Positions 35,830 to 45,500 of a stretch of DNA of 60,096 bases are shown here, piece after piece (the first letter of the stretch is position 1; each line of letters begins with the position of its first letter). A model generated the notes under the pieces. That model searched no databases. It was not told the origin of the DNA and saw only the letters and a list, made by a program, of their open reading frames with translations. Made by a program: the position numbers and the translations under genes. This DNA is from a virus (Duplodnaviria > Caudoviricetes): IMG/VR virus record IMGVR_UViG_3300020450_000024, positions 1-60,096 of that record; one strand, given 5' to 3'.

Positions 35830-38800
35830 ATGGCCGAATTTAAACTAGATAGGATACGTTTTAGATGGAAGGGTGCATGGTCTTCAACTACTGCATACAT
35901 CAAAGATGACATTGTAAGTTATGGTGGTAAAGTTTACGTTTGTATATTTGGCCACACTTCAGTAGATGAATCAGTACCAGGTACAGACTTTTATACAGAT
36001 GCATTTGATTCAACACAACCTAAATGGACACAAATGCTTGATGGTGTATCTTGGAAAGATACATGGCAACCAGGCATATACTATAAAGTAAATGACATTG
36101 TCAAGTATGGCGGTAATTTATATCAATGTATTATTGGTCATGATTCTGCAAGTTATTCAGCACCTACTTCAGCAACAACGTATAATGTCATAACAGGATT
36201 TGACACAGTAAATTCTCCAGAAGACAGAGACTTTGTTGTTACTGTTGAAGCAGGAAGTCCTACACAGGCAGATGGTTACTTCTTCTTAGATGATGTACAA
36301 GCACCAACATTAAGTTTTGTTAAAGGAAAAACTTATACATTTGATCAATCACCAGGATCTAACGAAACATACAATAGTAAAATTCATCCATTCTATTTTA
36401 GTATTACAAGTGATGGAACAAACACCACAGGTACATATTATGAAACAGGTGTTACATATGAGTTAGATGGTACAGTAGTAAATAGAGCAAATTACGAAAC
36501 AGGATTTGCGGCGGCATCTAGTAGAAAAGTTGTTATACAAGTAGGCGCAACTGCTCCTGCAACACTTTATTATTTTTCAAATAGCAGTGCAAACAGAGGC
36601 GGAACTATTAATGTTGCAGAAGCGGCAGGTAATTTTTATCTTGCTGGCACAGAAAACAGAGTTTTAAGTTTAGTTGAAGGACACCAATACATATTTGATC
36701 AAACTGATAATTCAAATATTACATTTGGTGGACAGACACACCCATTAGTATTAAGTACATATTGGGACGGACATCACAATGGCGGATCAGTTTACGCAAA
36801 TGGTGTTACGTATCTATTAGACGGAAGTGTGGTAACACTTGCAAACTATCTAAGTGGATTTGCAACTGCTTCAGATAGAAAAGTAAAATTAATTGTTCCT
36901 AATAATCCGCCAGACAAAATTTATTACTATGATTATAATCAGGCTGACACAGGAAATAAACACAAGAATCAAGGTCAGTACTTACATTTATATGATAATG
37001 GATCGATAGGTGATACTGATATTGGTAATTGGAAAATTTTATCTGCATCAGACAACTGGAGATTTGAATGGCAACCACTTACAATTTACAGAGTAGGTGA
37101 CACAATTAGTTACGGCGGAATATTATATAGATGTGTAACTGCACATACAAGTTCAAATACTGTAACTGGATTAGAATTAGATATTGCTAAATGGAATACA
37201 GTAATAGAATCAGACAGTTGGAAAGGTGACTGGACACCTGGTACAAGATATTTCAATCATGACATTGTAAGATATGGTGGAGTAACAAAAAGATGTATTA
37301 CAGGACACGTTGCACAGGCAGATGACAACCTAGGTATTGAACCTGATGACGCTAAATGGGAAACATTAATTGATGGTATTGAATACATTGGTGAATGGAA
37401 AGCAAAAGAAGATTTAAATGTTACTGCATACGCAGGTACTAGTGCAACCTGTGTACACACATTTACAGCAGATGACAACGGTACTATATTTAAATATACA
37501 ACTGATGGTACTGTAGATACTGCCTTAACTGCAAATAAAAATTACTATTTAAGATATGTTGACGCAACAAAAATTAGTTTCCATACTAATAAAGTAGATG
37601 CAGAGTTTGGTAGAAATGCAATTAGTTTCAATGGTGATTCAACAGGTGGACAAACACTTGAAGTAAGTAAAAAAATTAAAGTTGGAGACATTCTAAGATA
37701 TGGACCAACTATATTTAGATGTACTACTGCACACGTACCAGGAACAACATTTTCAACTCAGTTCCATAGCACATGGATTCCAGGATTAGGTTTTGAGAAT
37801 CAATGGCAAGATAGTATTACATATCAACCAGGTGATATTGTAACTTATGGAGGATACAGTTATACATCATTAACAGTAAACACTGCATCGGCTCCTAGTG
37901 CAAATTTATTAGCACAGGATACAGGTGATTGGGAATTATTAACACAAGGTTACAGACTAGGAGCACAATACAATCAAGATGCTTCAACACAAGATACTGC
38001 TAGTGATTGGGGTTCAACAACTGCATACAAGACTGGTGATGTTGTTAGACTAAATGGTCATGTGTTTATTGCATTACGTGATAGCACAGGAAGTGAACCA
38101 GATGACTCTTTAACAACTACAACTTATACAGTAACAGTTGGTGCTCCAGGTAATCCACCAGGCAACAAATATTACATAGATGGAAATTTATATCCGGATC
38201 TATCATTGGTTGAAGGAAACACTTATATCTTTAATCAATCTGATAGCACTAATAATAATCACCCAATTTATATTAGTACAAAGCAAAATGGTCATCATGT
38301 TGATAGCACATACAATTATTATACACCGGGCGTTGTTTATCACTTAGACGGAACAGATTATTTAAATCCACAAGATTATGACAGTGGATTTAATGCATCA
38401 ACAGTAAGATATGTAAAATTTACTGTACCAAGAGATGCATACAAACAAGTATATCCTGTTTGTGCAAACCATTCAGGTATGTATGAGAGTGGTGTATGGA
38501 ATACAATACAATCAGGAAACAACTGGCAAACTTTAATTACAGGTGATCACTGGAGAGATTTTTGGGTTGAGTCAGATCCAGTAACTTTATCTCCAACAAA
38601 CTATTTCTTAGGTGATGTAGTAACATACGAAGGAACATTGTATAGATGTGTTAAACGTCACACTGCAACGGCATCGGGTGCAAGACCAGATCTTGACATG
38701 GACTACACTCAAGAAAATTTCTGGACAAAAGTTATACAAGGTGGATTAACAAACGTATTACAATACAGAGGTGATATAAGAACACATGACGGTACCGAAA

Positions 38801-41800
38801 CTGTAAGACAAGGAATTGGTAATCCAGGTGACGTATTAAAAGTTATAAACACTATTCCTAGTTATGAAGATTTAGGTGCAGTAGCAAATGTATTTTATGT
38901 TGCACCAAATGGTATAGATAATACTAGCACAGGTAGAGGATTATCTGATTCAGCACCATTTAAAACAGTAAAATATGCTTGTGATTATATTTTCCAAGAC
39001 GAAGCAAGTAGAGCCCCTGCAACTATTTTTGTTAAGACAGGACTTTACAAAGAACAATTACCTATTAAGGTTCCGGCAAACGTTGCTATCGTAGGAGATG
39101 AATTACGTTCTACTAGAATAGAACCGGCAAGTAGTGCATTTGAAGACCAAGATATGTTTAGAGTACGTAACGGTTGTGGTATTAGAAACATGACACTTGC
39201 AGGACTAAAAGGAAGTTTAGGAGACCCAGACACATTCCAAACAAAACGTATTACAGGTGGAGCCTTTGTTGCTCTTGATCCAGGTGACGGTCCAGGTGAT
39301 ACAAGTGTATGGGTAACAAATAAATCAACTTATGTACAAAATGTATCTACATTTGGTGAACAATGTATTGGTTTAAGAATTGACGGTGACTTACATAATG
39401 GTGGTAACAAATCTGTTGTTGCTAATGACTTTACACAAATTTTACAACAAGGTATTGGCTTCTGGTGTAGCGGAGAAGGTAAAGCAGAATTAGTATCAGT
39501 CTTTACATATTATTGTCATATAGGTTATCTATGTACTGACGGTGGTAAAGTTAGAGCAACAAATGGTAACAACTCATATGGTGACTTTGGATCAGTTGCG
39601 ATAGGATTTGATAATTCAGAAAGTCCAATCTCAGGTAAAGTAGACAACTATTCAAAAGAAGCAACTATCAGTCAAGTGTTTAATGATGAAAACCAATTGT
39701 TCACAGTTGGATATGACAACGCAGGAAATCATTATACAAGTGGTAGTGTAACAATAACAGGTTCAGGACAAAACGCCGCGGCTAAGGTTACAGAATTTAG
39801 AGACAACGGTATTATGGAAGTACGTGTGCTTGATCCAGGAGATTCAAGTATTGCAGGTGGTTCCGGTTATACTTTTGTAAACAACAGAGCACAACTTGGT
39901 GACAGTTTAAGTATTAACATTGCAAACTCTGATGTACAAAATGAAAATTATTATCTAAACAAACTTTTAACTATTGTTGAAGGTGAAGGTAGAGGACAGT
40001 ATGGTTACATTACAAGTTACGATTGGAACACAGGTGGAGTAATTTCAGGAACTGTAACAAGTGGTACTGACGCCACTAGAGTTACAGGTACTTACACAGG
40101 CAAATTAGGAACAAGTAGTAACGCACTTGCAACTGAGCCAACAGTAACAATCAATATTGATGGCACTGGTGATGCAACAATTACAGTCACAGATGTTGGT
40201 AAAGACAACCTAGCAGACGATATCATTACATACACTAACACAGACTTTGGTGGACAAGGTGCAGACATTACATTTAAAATTACTTCTGTAAGTTTAGGAA
40301 ATAAAAGAATGACGATTGCAAGACAGTCAGATGGACTTGCAGGTTTCGAACACTTATTACCTGGACAACCTATTAAGACTGTATTAGATGAAACTACTAG
40401 ATATCAAATCACTCCAAGAATTGATGTGTCAGAGCCACCATACAATGATACAAACAATAATGTGCCTTCAGGAACAGATATTAAATCAATGGCGTATCAA
40501 AAACTTGGCTCTAACAGATTAACTGTTGCTGTTGGTAATAATAGTATTATATGGTCAACTGATGGTACAACTTGGAACAATGCGGCAAGTTATACAAATT
40601 TACCTTACATTGCTGTTGCAGAAGGAAATAATTTCTTTGTAGCATTAGATAGTGCAGGTAATATTAGAAAATCAGGAGATGGTACAAACTGGTCAAGTGC
40701 AGGTACTTTACCTTCCGGAACATATAATAGTTTAGTATATGGTGATGGATATCACGTTGCTATTGCTGATAGTGATTCAAATGCTTACGTAAGTACAAAC
40801 AATGGTGATACATGGACAACTGTATCTGCAGGATTTAGTAACGTTAAGTTTCTTGCTTATGGAAATGGTAAATGGATTGCAATGAACCAAGCAGGTGATA
40901 CTTGGGAAAGTACTGATAATGGTAGTACTTGGACACAAGGTCCAGACTTAGGTAATGTACAATATGATGTTGCAAGTTTATGTTTTGGTAATGGTAGATT
41001 TGTAGCGGCGGCTTATGACTCACCAAATGATATATCAACTGTTAACAATAAATTCTTTTACAGTTTAACAAATAAAAGTACTGCGGCAGGTAGCACAGTA
41101 TGGTTAATGGGTGAAGATACTCCAGCGGCTGATAACTTTTATGTAAGTTATGCACAAGGAGTATTTGTGGCTATAAGTGCAAATGGTCAAGTATGTGTAT
41201 CTCCAGATGGTAATTTATGGAATAATAAAAATTCATTAGGCGGTGCATACAACGGAATATTTGCAGGTAGTTCAAGACAAGGCGGTCCGCAATTCTTCCC
41301 AACACAAAACGGAACTGTATCTCAATTAACAACTATTGAATATGGTGCCACTGCAAGACTTATTGCACAGGTAAAAAGTAATAGAATAAGTGAATTTACT
41401 ATTGTTGAAGCAGGATCAGGTTACACAGGATCAGCACCAACATTAAGTATTATAGATCCTGATAAACAATCATCAGTTACTTATGAAGTTAGATTAGGAA
41501 CAGGTGTATTAGGTCCATTAGAATTTACAAATAGAGGTACTGGTTATCTTAACATTGGTGTTACAGTAACTGGTGATGGATATAAAGATGAATTCCAACT
41601 AGGTGAAAAATTAGTTGTAAAAGAATTGTCAAGAGAACCTGGACCGGGTGATAACTTATACATCACAGGTATTAATGATGTTGTCTATAGTATTCAATCA
41701 GTTGCAGGATTGGCTGGTTCTGAACCTAACTTAACTGCAACATTAACAATAAGTCCAACATTAGATAGAGCAGAATCACCAAACCATGAAGAACAGTTTA

Positions 41801-42456
41801 TAATTAGACAAAAATATTCACAGGTTAGATTAACAGGACATGATTTCTTAGAAATAGGTAGAGGTGACTTGTTTACTTCTAACTATCCATTGCTTATACC
41901 AGATGAAAATTATGAAGATAAACCATTCAATGAAACTGCTCAAGGTAATGGTGGTAGAGTATTTTATACTAGTACTGACCAGGACGGTAACTTTAGAGTT
42001 GGTGAATTGTTTGAGGTTGAACAGAGTACAGGTATTGTAACACTAAACGCAAGTTACTTCCAATTAGAAGGATTGACAGAATTAAGATTGGGTGGTGTAA
42101 CACTTGGTGGTACAAATGCACTAATTAAAGAGTTTTCAAAAGACGGTACTTTTGCCGCAAATAGTAACGAAATTGTTCCAACACAAAGAGCAGTAGCGGC
42201 TTATATTGCTTCTAGAATATCAGGTGGTGGAGTAAATGTTAATGTTAACGCATTAATATCAGGTGAAGTCAAAGTAATTGGTAATCAGATTACTACAACT
42301 AGTGGAAATACGATACAAGTTCCTGTCAAAATGAATTTCCAGAAGGGAATTGACGGAAGTATGGCGGCTATGACGTACTTTACAGCGGGTGGAGTATTTT
42401 CTAATATAGATGAAGGAGATCCTACAACACCGCAGGAACAAGGGTATGGTTTATAG
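35830..42456 (+). CDS. Giant fibre/receptor-binding protein (2208 aa), paralogue C1
   Basis: CBM5/12-like W...Y..GDIV.YGG..Y.C...H repeats, three cupredoxin-like modules, a beta-helix, and an Asp-box propeller (STDGTTW, SGDGTNW, STNNGDTW, STDNGSTW); RLTGHDFL C-terminal block. Confidence 0.75.
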   Translation: MAEFKLDRIRFRWKGAWSSTTAYIKDDIVSYGGKVYVCIFGHTSVDESVPGTDFYTDAFDSTQPKWTQMLDGVSWKDTWQPGIYYKVNDIVKYGGNLYQCIIGHDSASYSAPTSATTYNVITGFDTVNSPEDRDFVVTVEAGSPTQADGYFFLDDVQAPTLSFVKGKTYTFDQSPGSNETYNSKIHPFYFSITSDGTNTTGTYYETGVTYELDGTVVNRANYETGFAAASSRKVVIQVGATAPATLYYFSNSSANRGGTINVAEAAGNFYLAGTENRVLSLVEGHQYIFDQTDNSNITFGGQTHPLVLSTYWDGHHNGGSVYANGVTYLLDGSVVTLANYLSGFATASDRKVKLIVPNNPPDKIYYYDYNQADTGNKHKNQGQYLHLYDNGSIGDTDIGNWKILSASDNWRFEWQPLTIYRVGDTISYGGILYRCVTAHTSSNTVTGLELDIAKWNTVIESDSWKGDWTPGTRYFNHDIVRYGGVTKRCITGHVAQADDNLGIEPDDAKWETLIDGIEYIGEWKAKEDLNVTAYAGTSATCVHTFTADDNGTIFKYTTDGTVDTALTANKNYYLRYVDATKISFHTNKVDAEFGRNAISFNGDSTGGQTLEVSKKIKVGDILRYGPTIFRCTTAHVPGTTFSTQFHSTWIPGLGFENQWQDSITYQPGDIVTYGGYSYTSLTVNTASAPSANLLAQDTGDWELLTQGYRLGAQYNQDASTQDTASDWGSTTAYKTGDVVRLNGHVFIALRDSTGSEPDDSLTTTTYTVTVGAPGNPPGNKYYIDGNLYPDLSLVEGNTYIFNQSDSTNNNHPIYISTKQNGHHVDSTYNYYTPGVVYHLDGTDYLNPQDYDSGFNASTVRYVKFTVPRDAYKQVYPVCANHSGMYESGVWNTIQSGNNWQTLITGDHWRDFWVESDPVTLSPTNYFLGDVVTYEGTLYRCVKRHTATASGARPDLDMDYTQENFWTKVIQGGLTNVLQYRGDIRTHDGTETVRQGIGNPGDVLKVINTIPSYEDLGAVANVFYVAPNGIDNTSTGRGLSDSAPFKTVKYACDYIFQDEASRAPATIFVKTGLYKEQLPIKVPANVAIVGDELRSTRIEPASSAFEDQDMFRVRNGCGIRNMTLAGLKGSLGDPDTFQTKRITGGAFVALDPGDGPGDTSVWVTNKSTYVQNVSTFGEQCIGLRIDGDLHNGGNKSVVANDFTQILQQGIGFWCSGEGKAELVSVFTYYCHIGYLCTDGGKVRATNGNNSYGDFGSVAIGFDNSESPISGKVDNYSKEATISQVFNDENQLFTVGYDNAGNHYTSGSVTITGSGQNAAAKVTEFRDNGIMEVRVLDPGDSSIAGGSGYTFVNNRAQLGDSLSINIANSDVQNENYYLNKLLTIVEGEGRGQYGYITSYDWNTGGVISGTVTSGTDATRVTGTYTGKLGTSSNALATEPTVTINIDGTGDATITVTDVGKDNLADDIITYTNTDFGGQGADITFKITSVSLGNKRMTIARQSDGLAGFEHLLPGQPIKTVLDETTRYQITPRIDVSEPPYNDTNNNVPSGTDIKSMAYQKLGSNRLTVAVGNNSIIWSTDGTTWNNAASYTNLPYIAVAEGNNFFVALDSAGNIRKSGDGTNWSSAGTLPSGTYNSLVYGDGYHVAIADSDSNAYVSTNNGDTWTTVSAGFSNVKFLAYGNGKWIAMNQAGDTWESTDNGSTWTQGPDLGNVQYDVASLCFGNGRFVAAAYDSPNDISTVNNKFFYSLTNKSTAAGSTVWLMGEDTPAADNFYVSYAQGVFVAISANGQVCVSPDGNLWNNKNSLGGAYNGIFAGSSRQGGPQFFPTQNGTVSQLTTIEYGATARLIAQVKSNRISEFTIVEAGSGYTGSAPTLSIIDPDKQSSVTYEVRLGTGVLGPLEFTNRGTGYLNIGVTVTGDGYKDEFQLGEKLVVKELSREPGPGDNLYITGINDVVYSIQSVAGLAGSEPNLTATLTISPTLDRAESPNHEEQFIIRQKYSQVRLTGHDFLEIGRGDLFTSNYPLLIPDENYEDKPFNETAQGNGGRVFYTSTDQDGNFRVGELFEVEQSTGIVTLNASYFQLEGLTELRLGGVTLGGTNALIKEFSKDGTFAANSNEIVPTQRAVAAYIASRISGGGVNVNVNALISGEVKVIGNQITTTSGNTIQVPVKMNFQKGIDGSMAAMTYFTAGGVFSNIDEGDPTTPQEQGYGL

Positions 42457-42472
42457 GAATTTACGATAATGA

Positions 42473-42478
42473 TAAATA
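42473..42478 (+). promoter_or_regulatory. Late promoter (GATAAATA)
   Basis: Intergenic TAAATA before 42506. Confidence 0.7.
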
Positions 42479-42505
42479 TATTAAAGAAAGCGATAGGTTT
42501 CAAAA

Positions 42506-45500
42506 ATGGCAGAGTTTAAACTAGGTAGAATCAGATTTATATGGAAAGGTGCATGGTCAACCGGCACTCAATACTTTAAAGATGACGTTATTAGATATGG
42601 TGGACGCACATATATTTGTGTAGTAGGCCACACTGCTTCTGGCACATTTGAAACAGATCAATCTACTAAATGGAACAACCTAGCAGACGGTCAAGAATGG
42701 AAAAGTGACTGGGCATTATCAACAATTTATAAGCCAAACGATATTGTAAAATACGGAAGTTTACTATATGTATGTAACACAGGACATACATCAGCATCTA
42801 CAACAAGTGACGGACTAGAATTAGATCAATCTAAATGGGATCTTTGGACAGAAGGTTTTGATTGGAAAGGTGTTTGGGGTGTTTCAACAAGATACAAAGT
42901 TAATGACATAGTTGCTTATGGTGGTGACTTATATCTTTGTACAGAAAAACACACATCGGCGGCTTCAACTTCAGATGGATTAGAATTAGACAATGCGAAA
43001 TGGGATACTTTTGCAAGAGGTCTTGAGTGGAGAGGCAACTGGACTGCAACTACAAGATATAGATTAAATGATGTAATTAAATATGGTGGACAAGTTTATG
43101 TTTGTAACAATGGTCACACTGCGGCGGCAACCAATGCATTAGGTTTAGAAGCAAATCAGTCAAACTGGGATTCATTACACAAAGGTATAGATTACAAAGG
43201 TAACTGGGCAACTACAACAAGATATAAAGTAAACGATTTAGTTAAGTATGGTGGAGACATTTGGATCTGTAACACTTATCATACTTCGACAGGAAGTTTA
43301 GCGGCAGACGAAAGTAACTGGGCAATTTTTGTTCCAGGTTTAGAATTTGAAGACAGTTGGCAAAATAATGTAAACTATCAACCAGGTGACGTTGTTACTT
43401 ATGGTGGATATTCTTACATTTCAAAAACAAATAACTTTGCGGCAACTCCATTTAACAATACATCTAATTGGGATTTATTTACAACAGGATTTAGTTTAAA
43501 AGGAGACTACAACAACACTACAAATTATAAAGTAGGTGATGTAGTTAGAGTAGGTGGTTGGACATACTTGGCAATCGCTGATGGTGTTGGTAACAGACCA
43601 CCAGACAATACAAAATGGGATAAATTAAATCAAGGATTCTATTGGAAGAATACTTGGACAGATGGTGCATACTATGATAAAGGTGATGTTGTCAGAGGCA
43701 TTAACAATATCAACTCTTATGTTTGTGTACTTGAACATACAGCAGACCAAACTACTGCACAGAATAGACCAGACCAAGATTTATCAGGAACCAATTGGAA
43801 TCTATTAAGTGGTGGTGTTGAATCAGGTAACTTAACAACACGTGGTGACCTTGTTTACTACGGTGGTGCTGGTCCAACAAGACTTGCTATTGGTTCTCCA
43901 GGACAGGTATTAAAAGTTAATGACGCTGGTACAGATCCAGTTTGGGGTTACTTCGGTCAGATCGAAGCAGTGTACTATGTTGCACCAACAGGATTAGATG
44001 AAGATGTACCTGCTTATGGTGTTACACTTGATAAACCATTTAAAACTGTACAGTTTGGTTTACAACAAATTGAGAAAGGTGCAAGAAAACCTTTTGCAAC
44101 AGAATTATTAAGAAGAAACAAAGCATTTATTGTTGCTGAGACTTTAGCATGGGTAGACAGACAGATATCTACTAACCAAAGTCCATTTAGTGCGGCATTC
44201 ACTTATACTGCTAGTGATTGGTCAAGAGATTTAAGACACTTGTTAAATGGTGTTGAGTTTGATTTAAGTCATGGTGGTAACAGAAGATCAAGACAAGTTG
44301 CATTTAACTTCTTTAGATCAAATTCATTTAGTTATTATGTAACTAACAGTTCACTAACAACAGAGTGGGCGGCAATGTTGGCTTACATGAAAACTTTGAT
44401 TGATGATGTATTAACACAAAACACTCCAAGCACAAATTATCAAACATTAATGAGTGTTTCACCTGCAACGTTGCAAATTAAAAATGCGGCAATTACTGAA
44501 GAGCCAGGTGGACAAGCAGTTGTTAATAATTTAATTGATATTTCAAGAGATGCCATTGTGGCAAACAGTGCAACAAGCACAACTTATAATGTTACGGCGG
44601 CAACTTATGATGGTGCTACTGGAGACATGGATTTAACTATTGGTTCTCATAATTTAGCAGTAAACACAAAAATTGTTTTAAAATCAAACAGTTTAACGTT
44701 TACTTGTGATAAAGATAATAACGTATCACAAAAATCATATCCAAGAACAACTGACCCAGCATACGTTACTCCGATTGCAATTACAAGCACAACAGGCACA
44801 ACAATTAGAGTAAACGTTGGTAAAAATCCAGACGGAAATTATGCTCACACATTTGTAAGTGCAACAGCAGGTGCAGTTTCATTAGCAAGTGGCGGCGGTA
44901 TTCCAGCAGAGATTGTAGCAAATGATACACTATTTGTTAAAACAGGAACTTTCCCAGAAGTACTTCCAATGGTAATTCCAGAAAGTTGTGCAGTAGTAGG
45001 TGACGAACTACGTTCTACTAAAATTACACCAGCAGGTCAATTAACAAGTTCAGACGATACTGCATTTAGTTTATATGGTATTCTTCATATGAAATCAATC
45101 ATTGATAATATCATTCTTAATACAAGTATTACAAAACAAACAAACAATCCTTTGACACAGGATACTGCACACCCGGCAGGTGATGCCGCGGCTGTTACAA
45201 AAGCAGAAGCAGTTGTTGATGCAATACATGATTACATCAACTACAATGTTATTAGTGATTCAACAGCAGTAAACCCAACAATGTCAGGACAAATGAGTCC
45301 AAATCAAGAATTAGGTGTGCAAAATGCTGTACTTAGATTAGAAGAAAACAAAGAATTCATTGCTGAAGATGTAACAAATTACATTTTAAATACATTCCCA
45401 GGATACACTTCCTTTGATGCAACTGCTCAAGCGGCTTGTAAGAGAGATGTAAGAAGATACGTTGAAGCAGTACAGCACGATATTGTTTACGATGGAACAT

